Of a stretch of 45,492 nt of DNA, positions 1 to 9,376 are shown one piece after another. Both the position numbers and the translations under genes were made by a program. Within the stretch, counting starts at the first letter, position 1. Each line of letters opens with the position of its first letter. The notes under the pieces were generated by a model, which made no database searches, was not told where the DNA came from, and saw only the letters and a program-made list of their open reading frames with translations. Origin of the DNA: Chthoniobacteraceae bacterium (GTDB taxonomy: Bacteria > Verrucomicrobiota > Verrucomicrobiia > Chthoniobacterales > Chthoniobacteraceae); NCBI GenBank assembly GCA_031409655.1, contig JANNXQ010000053.1, positions 1 to 45,492 of the forward strand, read 5' to 3'.

Positions 1-16
1 GCCACCCCTTCTTCAT
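1..16 (-). CDS. hsdS: 5' end of probable type I R-M specificity subunit (runs off window)
   Basis: ATG at 16-14 overlaps the hsdM TGA (ATGA) and reads MKKGW, a typical HsdS start. Only 5 codons are visible. Confidence 0.55.
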
Positions 17-1470
17 AGCAGCGCCTTGATGTTGCCCAGCACTTCCGCGCTCTCGGCGTCCAGCGCGGCGATTTCGTCCATGATTTCCTGCGGGCTGCGG
101 TGCGCGATTTCCTCGCCGCCGTTGGGGTTCTTCACGGACAAATCAAACGTCTTCGGGTCGATAGCCGCCACGTCCACGCCCCAGCTTTTGGGCGAGTCGG
201 CTTTGGTTTTTTGCAAGGCGATGAACTCGGCGAGGTCGGCGTCGTTGAGCGGGTTGGTCTTCCCCATGTTGCGGCCGGGGTCGAGCTGGTAGAACCAGAC
301 TTTGCGCGTCTTCGTGCCTTTCTCAAAGAAGAGCACCACGGTCTTCACGCCCGCGCCGATGAACGTGCCGCCGGGGCAGTCGAGCACGGTGTGGAGGTTG
401 CACTCCTCGAGGAGTTTCTGGCGCAGGCTGACGGAGGCGTTGTCGGTGTTGGAGAGGAAGGTGTTCTTGATGACGATGCCGGCGCGGCCACCGGCCTTGA
501 GGATTTTGATGAAGTGCTGGAGGAAGAGGAACGCGGTCTCGCCGGTGCGGATGGGGAAGTTTTGCTGCACTTCCTTGCGCTCTTTGCCGCCGAAGGGCGG
601 GTTGGCGACGATGATGTGGAAACGGTCCTTTTCCTGCACGTCGGCGAGGTTCTCGGCGAGGGTGTTGGTGTGAATGATGTTGGGCGCTTCGATGCCGTGC
701 AGGATCATGTTCATGATCGCGATGACGTAGGCGAGGGACTTCTTTTCCTTCCCGTAGAAGGTGCGCTCTTGCAGGGTGCGATCCTGAGCGGTGGTGCGCT
801 TTGGGTTCTGGGCGCGGAGGTAATCGAAGGCTTCGCAGAGGAAGCCAGCCGAGCCGACAGCGGGGTCACAGATGGTCTCTCCGAGCCGGGGCGCGGTGAC
901 GGCGACGATGGCGCGGATGAGCGGGCGGGGCGTGTAGTATTCGCCGCCGTTGCGTCCGGCGTTGCCCATGTTCTTGATCTTGGCCTCGTAGAGGTGGGAG
1001 AGTTCGTGCTTCTCGGTCTGGGAGGCAAAGCGGAGTTCGTCGATGTGGTCGATGATCTCGCGCAGGTTGTAGCCGCTCTGAATGCGGTTCTTTATCTCGC
1101 CGAAGATTTCGCCGATCTTGTATTCGATGGTGTTCGGGCCGGTGGCCTTGGCCTTGAAGCCGTGGAGGTAGGGGAAGAGCTTGCCGTTGACGAAGGCGAT
1201 GAGGTCGTCGCCGGTGAGCGCGGTGTTGTGGTCAATCTTGCCGTCCTTGCCCTTGGGCGCGGCCCAAGCCTCCCAGCGATACGGCGCGTCGAGGATGTGG
1301 GTGTATTTCTTGCCGTCAAGGGCGGCTTCGGTTGCTTTGTCATGCTCGAGAGCGTCGAGGTATTTCAGGAAGAGTAGCCAGGAAGTCTGCTCGGTGTAGT
1401 CGAGTTCGCTGGTGCAGCCGGCGTCTTTCCAGAGGACGTCGTCGATGTTTTTGAAGGCTTGTTCGAACAT
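13..1470 (-). CDS. hsdM: Type I restriction-modification N6-adenine methyltransferase subunit
   Basis: HsdM N-terminus (MFEQAFKNIDDVLWKDAG), GEYYTPR, AdoMet motif CDPAVGSAGF and catalytic NPPF. Start moved to ATG 1470. Confidence 0.95.
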   Translation of the reverse strand: MFEQAFKNIDDVLWKDAGCTSELDYTEQTSWLLFLKYLDALEHDKATEAALDGKKYTHILDAPYRWEAWAAPKGKDGKIDHNTALTGDDLIAFVNGKLFPYLHGFKAKATGPNTIEYKIGEIFGEIKNRIQSGYNLREIIDHIDELRFASQTEKHELSHLYEAKIKNMGNAGRNGGEYYTPRPLIRAIVAVTAPRLGETICDPAVGSAGFLCEAFDYLRAQNPKRTTAQDRTLQERTFYGKEKKSLAYVIAIMNMILHGIEAPNIIHTNTLAENLADVQEKDRFHIIVANPPFGGKERKEVQQNFPIRTGETAFLFLQHFIKILKAGGRAGIVIKNTFLSNTDNASVSLRQKLLEECNLHTVLDCPGGTFIGAGVKTVVLFFEKGTKTRKVWFYQLDPGRNMGKTNPLNDADLAEFIALQKTKADSPKSWGVDVAAIDPKTFDLSVKNPNGGEEIAHRSPQEIMDEIAALDAESAEVLGNIKALL

Positions 1471-1704
1471 GGTGCGGGGAAGGTCCCGCGTTTTCCGCGA
1501 TGGCGGCCTGAAAGACACGTCAGAACTAATCGATGCCACTGTAAAACCGCTGAGATCACCGTGGGCGACGCCTCCCGCCGTGACCGGGACGTTTCTGGGG
1601 TGCCTTGGCCAAAATTCCCGGGCCGTTACCGCATCCCAAGGCCTATGCTCAGGGCCTTGCTCTCCTCAAGGGGTGCCTGCCCCTGTGGGCTCGCTGCCCA
1701 GATG

Positions 1705-2949
1705 CTACCGGTCGCACTCGCCCATCACGAAATCCAGGGAGCCGAGGATGGCGACGACGTCGCTCATCATGTGACCGGGGAGGATTTTCGGGAGGATGCT
1801 GAGATTGACAAAGGAGGGGCTGCGGATCTTTAGGCGGTGCGGGGTGCCGCCGCCTTTGGAGGAGATGAAGAAACCTAGTTCACCCTTCGGATTTTCCGCG
1901 CCGAAATAGACTTCGCCGGCGGGGGCGTCGATGCCTTCGGTGTGGAGGATGAAGTGGTGGATGAGTTCCTCCATTTTCGTCATCACGGAAGTCTTCGGCG
2001 GGGCGACGTTTTTCGGGTCGTGGACGGCGATGGGGCCGCTGGGCAGTTTCGCGATGGCTTGCCGCAGGATTTTCATGGACTGCCGCAGCTCTTCCATGCG
2101 GACGGTGTAGCGATCGTAGCTATCGCCGACGCTGCCGAGCGGGATATCAAAGTCGTAGGTCTCGTAGCCAAGGTAGGGGTGACGTTTGCGCAGGTCGTGA
2201 TCGATGCCGGAGCCGCGGAGATTGGGGCCGCTGAGGCCGTAGCTGAGTGCATCTTCTTTGGTGATGATGCCGACGTCTCTGGTGCGATCGACGAAGATGC
2301 GGTTGGTTTTCAGGAGCGCATCCACTTCATCGATGATGGGCCCGAGCTGATCGAGGAAGGCGATGAGTTGGGGGAGGAAGGTGGGCGGGAGATCGCGGAT
2401 CTGGCCGCCGACGCGGGTGTAGCTGGTGGTGAAGCGCGCGCCGGTGAGGAGTTCGATGAGGTTGTAGATTTTCTCCCGCTCGGTGAAGGTGTAGAGGAAG
2501 ACGGTCATGGCGCCGGTATCCATGGCAAAGCAGCCAACGCCGAGGAGATGCGAGGAGATGCGGGCGAGCTCGCAGCAGATGAGGCGGATGGCCTGGCCGC
2601 GCGGGGGTAACTCCCAGCCCATGAGCTTTTCGACGGCGAGGGCGTAGGCGACGTTATTCGCCAGCGGAGCGAGGTAGTCGAGCCGGTCCGTGTAGGGCAC
2701 GAACTGATTGTAGTGCATGTTTTCGGCGATCTTTTCGTCGCCGCGATGCAGGTAGCCGACGTCGGGGGTGGCCTTGGTGATGACCTCGCCATCCATCTCG
2801 AGGACGAGCCGCAGCACGCCGTGAGTGGCGGGGTGCGAGGGGCCCATATTGATGATCATTTTTTCCCCGAGGATGTCGCTCGTCTCGCCGTGGGAGTGGG
2901 CCTTGCTGAGGGTGTCCGGCACTTCGAGTTCGACGGTGGAATGGGCCAT
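1705..2949 (-). CDS. nuoD: NADH-quinone oxidoreductase subunit D
   Basis: NMGPSHPATHGVLRL, GYLHRG-EK, DRLDYL, ENPKGELG and C-terminal DFVMGECDR. Confidence 0.96.
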   Translation of the reverse strand: MAHSTVELEVPDTLSKAHSHGETSDILGEKMIINMGPSHPATHGVLRLVLEMDGEVITKATPDVGYLHRGDEKIAENMHYNQFVPYTDRLDYLAPLANNVAYALAVEKLMGWELPPRGQAIRLICCELARISSHLLGVGCFAMDTGAMTVFLYTFTEREKIYNLIELLTGARFTTSYTRVGGQIRDLPPTFLPQLIAFLDQLGPIIDEVDALLKTNRIFVDRTRDVGIITKEDALSYGLSGPNLRGSGIDHDLRKRHPYLGYETYDFDIPLGSVGDSYDRYTVRMEELRQSMKILRQAIAKLPSGPIAVHDPKNVAPPKTSVMTKMEELIHHFILHTEGIDAPAGEVYFGAENPKGELGFFISSKGGGTPHRLKIRSPSFVNLSILPKILPGHMMSDVVAILGSLDFVMGECDR

Positions 2950-3004
2950 GGCGCTCAGTTACGTTTGCCGGGAATGGAGCGGCAAGGGGATTTTGTGAAA
3001 AGAT

Positions 3005-3562
3005 TCACAAGCGTGCTCTGACGCGCATCCAGACGAGGGCGGCGAGGAGCAGGGTGAGGAAGATCCAGGCGGTGCGCAGGAGGGTGAAGACGGGAGCTTT
3101 TGCGGGAGTCTCGAAGCGGATGGCGAAGAGCTGCTGGCCAGGGGTGCCGCTGCCATCCAGCGGGAGGACGCGGAGGTAGTGCGGCTGCTGGGGGGCGAGG
3201 CGGGTGAGGGTGGCGGTGAAGGTGTCGCCGGTGCGCGCGACGGTGGCGTGGGTCCACTCGTCCCACTGCCGCGCGAGGGCGCGGTCGGCGTCGAGATAGA
3301 GGCGCAGGCGCTCGATGCGGAGCCGGCCGTCGCCGCCGAGCTTGGCGGGCCATGCGACGATGGCGGAGGTGGGCGTGATGGCGCGCCCGGTGACGCCGGG
3401 CGTGGAGTCGAGTTCGGCCATCCACTCGGGGATCGCCCTGGGGCTCGACTCGGGCGCGTCCGCATCCGCGGCGCGGACGGGCGCGAGGCCGAGTGCGACG
3501 GCGGCGGCGAGAGGGAAAAGAGAGCGGGGGATCTGGAGCAAGCGGCGAGAAGCGTGGCGCAC
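3005..3562 (-). CDS. Exported FN3-like protein with C-terminal membrane anchor
   Basis: Signal peptide ending APVRA; FN3-like strands (ITPTSAIVAW...TLTRLAPQQPHYLRV); hydrophobic C-terminal helix followed by basic residues. Confidence 0.6.
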   Translation of the reverse strand: MRHASRRLLQIPRSLFPLAAAVALGLAPVRAADADAPESSPRAIPEWMAELDSTPGVTGRAITPTSAIVAWPAKLGGDGRLRIERLRLYLDADRALARQWDEWTHATVARTGDTFTATLTRLAPQQPHYLRVLPLDGSGTPGQQLFAIRFETPAKAPVFTLLRTAWIFLTLLLAALVWMRVRARL

Positions 3563-3619
3563 GGTGGGCGCGGTCGTCGATGGGATTTGGGATCCGCGTG
3601 CATCCCTGGAGTTCCGGTC

Positions 3620-4648
3620 TCAGCGCGGCCGAAAGGCTTCCAGGGCGGGGCGCGGAGTGCCGTCGTGCCGGAAAAGTCCCATGCTGCTCTCTGGACCGAG
3701 GAGATCTTTCGCCATGTCGCGCAGGAGAAACCAGAAGACCTTCTGGATCCGTGGCTCCTGGCTGGCCATGGCGAAGGTGTCGCGCAAGAGCCGGGCTTGG
3801 TCTTGCTCGGCCTCGCCGGACGTCGCCCCGCAGCCGACTTCCGTGATCCACAAGGGCTTGGTCCCATCCCCGTAGCGATCCATGATTGCCAGGGTGTCCC
3901 GGGTGAGCGCGATCATCCGCCCGGCGCCTTCCGCGGGCAGGACGTAGGGATGCGTATTGCAGATGTCGAAGTAGGGACCGGCCCCGGCCCGGTAGAGGTC
4001 TTCGAGGAAATGGGGCACCTTCACCTCTGACCACGGGTTGGCGAGGATCCCATTCATTTGCAAACCGCCGAGCACCACGAGGCAGTGCGGATCGGCCTGC
4101 TTTGCCGCACGGTGGGCGATCTTCAGGAGCTCCGTGTAAGCGCGGGCGTCCGGATGCGGGCGATAGAAATCGACGCCGTTCTGCTCGTTCCAGATCTCCC
4201 AATGTCTGATGCGGTGCCGGTAGTGCGTCACGATCGCAGACACGGCGCGCTCCCAGTCGGCAAGATCGCGGGGAGGATACGCGTCGAACCACCCCACGGC
4301 ATTCTTCGGATCGATGCCATTCGCCCACTCCGGCACCGACATCAGCGTGGCCAAAATCTCGACCTTCTCGGGAATGCTCTGCACGGCGCGATCGACGGCG
4401 GAGAAATCCCAGGCGCCCTTCTTTGGCTCCACGACGCGCCAGCGGATCGGGATGCGGACTGCGCCGGAGTTCGTCTCTTTCAGCATCTCGGTGAAGCGGG
4501 GCAATTCACTGGGCGCGAAGTCCCAGACCGGGTCGGCATTGAGGCCATGGAAGCCGCGATCCCGGGTGGCCGCCGGCTCGGTGCCAAAGAGGGGTAGCGG
4601 CAGCGCGAGCGCGAGGATGGCAGCGATGAAAGTGGGAGCACGAGCCAT
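3620..4648 (-). CDS. Secreted clan GH-A glycoside hydrolase (GH5/GH39-like)
   Basis: Signal peptide from ATG 4648; acid/base motif WEIWNEQN and nucleophile motif LWITEVG. Confidence 0.8.
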   Translation of the reverse strand: MARAPTFIAAILALALPLPLFGTEPAATRDRGFHGLNADPVWDFAPSELPRFTEMLKETNSGAVRIPIRWRVVEPKKGAWDFSAVDRAVQSIPEKVEILATLMSVPEWANGIDPKNAVGWFDAYPPRDLADWERAVSAIVTHYRHRIRHWEIWNEQNGVDFYRPHPDARAYTELLKIAHRAAKQADPHCLVVLGGLQMNGILANPWSEVKVPHFLEDLYRAGAGPYFDICNTHPYVLPAEGAGRMIALTRDTLAIMDRYGDGTKPLWITEVGCGATSGEAEQDQARLLRDTFAMASQEPRIQKVFWFLLRDMAKDLLGPESSMGLFRHDGTPRPALEAFRPR

Positions 4649-4807
4649 AGGGCGCTCTTGGTGATGACAGAACCCAGAAGCGCCGACAACTTTCGCGCCT
4701 TCCCCGGGAGCTGAATCCTTCTTCGAGAGCGCCGCCGCTCGCGTCCCGGGATTATCTGTTTGCCCCGGCATGGGGCGTGCGATTAGAGAAACGCTCCTAC
4801 CTCGCGC

Positions 4808-5413
4808 ATGAGATTTGCCAGCTCCTTTCCACTGCTCCTTTTCGCTTTGCTGGTCTGTCCGGGCGGACTCGTGCAGGAGGCCTCGGCACAGTTCTTCAAG
4901 TCTCGGAGGACCGCTCCGGCGACGAAATACCTGAATAAGCAGGAGCCGCCGAAGATCGAGAAATCACTGGAAGCCACGATCAATCCCAGTAACTCGCACG
5001 TCCGCATTTCCATCGGGAAACAACGCGCCTATCTGCTGGTCGGCGAACAAGTCTATATCGACACGCCGATCTCCTCTGGAAAAAGCGCCGGGATGACGCC
5101 GAAGGGCACCTTTCACGTGATGGAGAAAGATCCCGACCATCGCTCGAGTATCTACGGCGCGTTTTGCGACAAGCAGGGTCGCATCGTGCGGTCCGGCGTC
5201 AGTCTGAAGGTGGACTCCGCGCCGAGCGGCACGCACTACGTGGGCGCGCCGATGAAGTGGTTCATGCGCCTCACCGGTTATGGCGTTGGCATGCACGTTG
5301 GCATCCTGCCGGGTTATCCCGCGTCGCACGGTTGCATCCGGCTGCCGGAAAGCATCGCGAAGCTGATCTACGACAAGGTGAAGGTCGGAACGCTCGTCGT
5401 GATCGGAGAGTAG
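4808..5413 (+). CDS. L,D-transpeptidase (YkuD family)
   Basis: Signal peptide; TPKGTF and catalytic MHVG...PASHGCIRL. Confidence 0.92.
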   Translation: MRFASSFPLLLFALLVCPGGLVQEASAQFFKSRRTAPATKYLNKQEPPKIEKSLEATINPSNSHVRISIGKQRAYLLVGEQVYIDTPISSGKSAGMTPKGTFHVMEKDPDHRSSIYGAFCDKQGRIVRSGVSLKVDSAPSGTHYVGAPMKWFMRLTGYGVGMHVGILPGYPASHGCIRLPESIAKLIYDKVKVGTLVVIGE

Positions 5414-5623
5414 GGGCGTGCTTTCAAGGAGCAGGGGCGCCCTCGCCCCGAGTTGCTCTTCGAAGCGAAGGCGTTCCGCATTCGGGATGGGCGTCACCCC
5501 TCCAGCGCCAACCGCGCCTCCGACTCGTGCAACACGTTACTATAATAGGCCAGCGTCGGCTTCACCTGCCGGAAGAGCGTGGCCGGGTACACCTTGGTCG
5601 TCGCCAGCTTGGAGCTTTCCCGC

Positions 5624-5787
5624 GCCGGAGGGGGAAGTTGAGTGTTGAGAGTTGAGAGTCCGCCGCTTTTCCAGATTTTTGCGCGCGCCGCGCCGCGCGG
5701 GAGCGGCGATTTGCAATCGCTGACCACCTAGCGCGTGGAGCGCACACTCGTGCGGAAGCGCGGGGGTCACTTAACTCTCAACCTCCC
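5624..5787. repeat. Composite palindromic repeat with (GTTGAGA)n arms
   Basis: gttgagtgttgagagttgagagt at about 5637-5659 and inverted aactctcaacc at about 5773-5783, with an internal palindrome gcgatttgcaatcgc. Homologous to 38185-38288. Confidence 0.6.
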
Positions 5788-6204
5788 TATTGCCGCCCGC
5801 GTCGCCCTGCTGCTCAAAGGCCGTCATCCGTGCGGTAACGTGCAGGGGTTGATGCACGTCGCCCACGAGATGCTCGAACCACGCCAGCGCCACGGCCCGT
5901 TCCCCCGCGGGCGCCGCGCGATTGCCCAGCAACGCAGCCCGCTCCGAAAGGCGGGCGATTAGATCGCCGGTGATTCTGAGGTCCCGCCATTCGTATGGCT
6001 TCCGCCCCCGCATCCTCCGCCAGCAAATCCGAATCCCCCGGCGCCCCACGCAAAAGCGCCACCGCCTTCGTGCGCGTGTCCGCATCCATGTGCTCCCAAG
6101 AAACGGTCGCCACCACTCGATGCCCCCTTCTGATCCCAAGCCAACGCGGTGACGGGGAGGAGCGTGAAAGTAAGGAGGAGGAGACAGCACCAACGGGTCT
6201 TCAT
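5771..6204 (-). pseudogene. S1/P1 nuclease pseudogene
   Basis: Signal peptide then WDQKG; removing one G from the G5 run (6123-6127) restores GHRVVATVSW. HLVGDVHQPLH and GDAGGN lie in a third frame. The central W-x-D/WHY segment and the 3' end are missing. Confidence 0.85.
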
Positions 6205-6316
6205 TTCGGGAAAAAAGTATTGCGACACGGAAGAAGCGAACGTCGACTCCTCGGCGGAACTCACGGGAACCAGAATCACTGCGAAAGTGGCCGTGTCCTA
6301 CATTTTCACCGCCCCA

Positions 6317-6460
6317 TCACGGCCCGACGCTGGGTCGGACGAAGAATCCGGGGAAGCTGGTGACGGGGCCGATCGTGACGCTGAATGGATTACCCGTGCC
6401 AGCGAAAGTGCCGGTGATTGGTGTCCAGGATGCGAAGTCGGTGGTGTCGAAGTCATCGCT
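6317..6460 (-). pseudogene. Orphan C-terminal fragment of a secreted protein
   Basis: TTDFASWTPITGTFAGTG...FFVRPSVGP-stop resembles the C-terminal domain type at the end of the SGNH protein; there is no plausible 5' portion. Confidence 0.4.
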
Positions 6461-6532
6461 GCCGGAATTGAGGACAGTTATCGCCAGGGTGCCTGCGCGA
6501 CGTTGAAAACACCCCTGCACGGTCGCGGCGGT

Positions 6533-6692
6533 GAGATGTGGAGCAAGGTCAAAAACTCCCTCCGCTCAGCCGAAGCCCGCACCCTTCCCCAACTCCAAAA
6601 AAGCGATTGCTGTTGCCTTGGCAAAGGTGACGGACAAAGACGCGCTTGGATGGTGGGTTTCGTGCGGCTAAAGCTTTATTAGACATGCTCCA
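6533..6692 (+). mobile_element. IS630-family transposase 3' remnant
   Basis: EMWSKVKNSLRSAEARTLPQLQ, then after a shift in the A6 run (6597-6602) KAIAVALAKVTDKDALGWWVSCG*SFI. This matches the typical IS630 transposase C-terminus as I recall it. Confidence 0.75.
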
Positions 6693-6761
6693 GAGCGGAA
6701 TCGAGGTGGCGGGTGGGTTCACCCGCTGGGTGAGCGTCGTGGGAAGTGCCTTTGCTCCCTT

Positions 6762-6863
6762 CCTCTGCGCCTTGGCGTCTCTGCGTCTTAAATCCCATCG
6801 CCGGATTTAGGATAAGGGCGCCCTCTCCCTTTTTTCCATCTGTGTGATCTGCGTCATCTGTGG
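6762..6863. repeat. Single arms of two short tandem repeat families
   Basis: cctctgcgccttggcgtctctgcgtcttaaa (same family as 34551-34691) and atctgtgtgatctgcgtcatctgtgg. Confidence 0.55.
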
Positions 6864-6918
6864 TCGATCCTTCTGTGGCTTCCAGGTCCGCACGAGCGGC
6901 CCGCAGCACGGCGGTCGT

Positions 6919-8004
6919 TCACTGAGCGTAGTCCACGACAAGCTGCAGAAAGCGCGGCCCGACCGAGGTGAGATCGCGGATGCGCACCCACTCGGACCAA
7001 TCTCCCGTGCTCGTCGTGCTCACCGATTCCGTCGCCGCTGGTGCCCAATCCCACAGGTCGAGATCGCTCGAGACACCGACGCGATAGGTCAGCCGCGGGC
7101 TGTTCTTCACCCGCAGAAAATCCACGGTCATGCGTCCCTCAGCATCGCGCGTGACGCTCGGGCTCATGAGCAAAAGCTGCAGCGCCTCCAGCCAGCGGCG
7201 CGCCATTTTCTCCTCGCCCGCAGGTGAAGGATGAACCCCATCGTACGTGTCCCCGCCAGTGGGCGCGGCCACGGTGTGATTCGGAAGAAATCCGGTATTT
7301 TGATCCACCACGATGACGCGCGAATCCGGACGATCCGTGGCGGCCGCGATGCCGTCGATCTGATCATTGATCGCGGTCATCCGGGCGTTCACCGCCCCCG
7401 CAGGATCGAGGAAGCTGTAGGTCGAGATGATCTTCGCCAGGAGCACCTGCACCCGCGGATTCCGAGCGCGTAACGAGGTGATGATGCTGGTCAGATTGGT
7501 GACCGTGGTCGGCACGGCGATGGCGAGCAGCGCGTCATTCGTGCCGACATGGACGAGCGCGATGTCCGGCGTATAGCCGCCACTGGAACCCAACGATCCG
7601 CTCATCCAACCCGGCAGCGGGCCGGCGATCTCGCCCGATTGGAAAAAGACGTGTCCCTCGTGATCGAAGTCGAAAGGAACTCCGCGATAGGGCGGAATGG
7701 CTGGATTGATGTTGTCGAAGTAGTTCAGCGACCCGACCAAATCGAAGTCCACCCCGGCATCGATGAGCATCTTCCAAAGCGGGTAACGGTAAGTCCAATG
7801 CCCGGTATTTCCCTGCGTGATGGAATCGCCGATGGGGACGATCCGCCACCGACGCGGAGGCTGAAAGGAGATGGGTGGCCCAGCCTGCGCACTGGCCTCC
7901 AGGAGCAGGAAAATGCCCAGGAGCGCGCTCTGCCAGTGGCGCGCCATGCGGCCCACGAAATTCGGGGCCGCCGCGAGCGCAGGAGCAAAGGTGGAGCGCG
8001 TCAT
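6919..8004 (-). CDS. Secreted SGNH/GDSL hydrolase with C-terminal accessory domain
   Basis: Block I GDSIT, block III GTND, block V DGVHP. Start is 8004 or 7947. Confidence 0.88.
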   Translation of the reverse strand: MTRSTFAPALAAAPNFVGRMARHWQSALLGIFLLLEASAQAGPPISFQPPRRWRIVPIGDSITQGNTGHWTYRYPLWKMLIDAGVDFDLVGSLNYFDNINPAIPPYRGVPFDFDHEGHVFFQSGEIAGPLPGWMSGSLGSSGGYTPDIALVHVGTNDALLAIAVPTTVTNLTSIITSLRARNPRVQVLLAKIISTYSFLDPAGAVNARMTAINDQIDGIAAATDRPDSRVIVVDQNTGFLPNHTVAAPTGGDTYDGVHPSPAGEEKMARRWLEALQLLLMSPSVTRDAEGRMTVDFLRVKNSPRLTYRVGVSSDLDLWDWAPAATESVSTTSTGDWSEWVRIRDLTSVGPRFLQLVVDYAQ

Positions 8005-8083
8005 GGAGGATGCTGTTACAATTTCTATAACTCCCGGCAATCCAAATCGCCGTCCAATTTCCCACGCCATCCTGCCGGGCTGC

Positions 8084-9376
8084 TTACTCCGGGAGGGGCT
8101 GGCCCTTTGTCTCCGGCAGGAAGGCGATGAAGACGAGCCCGAGAAGAAACAGGCCCGACATCATCGCGATGGCGGTGCGCAGTTCCATGCCGGGGAGCGC
8201 CTTTAGCCAGCCGGAGAAAAGGAGCATCGTCGAAGCGAGGAGCCGTCCTCCATTAAAACAAAAGCCCGTGCCGGTGGAGCGCAGATGATTCGGAAAGAGC
8301 TCGGGAAAATAGACGGCGTAACCCGCGTGGATGCCGATGGTGCAGAAGCCGTAGAGCGGCAGCAGCGCGAGTAACATCCCGTAACTCGTGGGCGCAAAGC
8401 AGGTGATCGGGACGATGATGAGCGCGGCGATGTGATAGAGGACAAAGGTGCGCCGTCGCCCGAGCCAGACGGCCAGTGGACCGAAGGAGAGCATCCCGAG
8501 TCCGGAGCCGATGGCCTGGATGTTGCCGTAGGCAAATTTGGCCCGGGTGTTTGCCTCGAGCGCGGAAGTGCCGTGGCGCACGAGGAAGTCTTTCGCCAGA
8601 TCCTGGCCGGCGACGGTGACGGCCCAGAAAGTGCCGAGCCCGACCGCCGCGAGGAGCATGCCGAAGATGGCGCGCTTTGCCCAGCGCGGGTTCAAGAGCA
8701 GATCGCGGAAGCTCCCGAGTTGCGCACCCTTGCCGGCGGCGGCCTTGCTTTTCGCTTCGTGCCAGGAGGCGGGTTCTTCGACCCGCGCGCGCACCCAGAG
8801 CACGAGCAGCGCCGGCACCACGCCGATGAGGAAAGCGCTGCGCCAGCTACTGCCCACGGCGAGTCCGACCCAAGCGGCGAGGAATGTCCCGATGATACTC
8901 GTCGAGTGGAAAAACCCCGACATGTGCGCCCGCGCATGTTTCGGGACGACCTCGGCGACGAGCGCGGCCGCGACTGCCCATTCGCCGCCAACGCCCATCG
9001 CCACAAAGAAGCGGAGCACGCCGACGTGCCACAACTCGGTCGCAAAATAGGTAAGGCCCGAGAAGATCGAGTAAAAGAGGATGGTCACGACCATCGTGGG
9101 TTTCCGCCCCCAACGATCGCCGAGCCAGCCAAAGAGGATGCCGCCGATGGTCCCTCCGACGAGGAAGATCCCGAGGAAACGATCGCCCCAGAGGCGGATG
9201 TCCGGATGGTCCTGCGCCACGCCGAGGATCTCGGCGAGCATCTGGTTGCGCTGGATATTAAAGAGCTGCCCCTCGAAGGCATCGAAGACCCAGCCCGCCG
9301 ACGCAATGATCACGACCAGCCACTGGTAGCGGGAGATGCCTTGGTGCCACTTGGGGGCGGGCTCTGGGTCAGTCAT
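8084..9376 (-). CDS. MFS transporter
   Basis: Multiple TM helices, motif A GWLGDRWGRK, GVGGEW, PETKG end. ATG 9376 overlaps the upstream stop (ATGA). Confidence 0.93.
   Translation of the reverse strand: MTDPEPAPKWHQGISRYQWLVVIIASAGWVFDAFEGQLFNIQRNQMLAEILGVAQDHPDIRLWGDRFLGIFLVGGTIGGILFGWLGDRWGRKPTMVVTILFYSIFSGLTYFATELWHVGVLRFFVAMGVGGEWAVAAALVAEVVPKHARAHMSGFFHSTSIIGTFLAAWVGLAVGSSWRSAFLIGVVPALLVLWVRARVEEPASWHEAKSKAAAGKGAQLGSFRDLLLNPRWAKRAIFGMLLAAVGLGTFWAVTVAGQDLAKDFLVRHGTSALEANTRAKFAYGNIQAIGSGLGMLSFGPLAVWLGRRRTFVLYHIAALIIVPITCFAPTSYGMLLALLPLYGFCTIGIHAGYAVYFPELFPNHLRSTGTGFCFNGGRLLASTMLLFSGWLKALPGMELRTAIAMMSGLFLLGLVFIAFLPETKGQPLPE

Noticed and set aside
2955..4328. 457-aa and 302-aa Arg/Pro/Ser-rich minus-strand ORFs
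   Set aside because: They are alternative frames of the glycoside hydrolase and FN3-like genes.
6149..6682. 177-aa plus-strand ORF as a real gene
   Set aside because: It is a chimera: antisense to other fragments, plus a short stretch of IS630 transposase.
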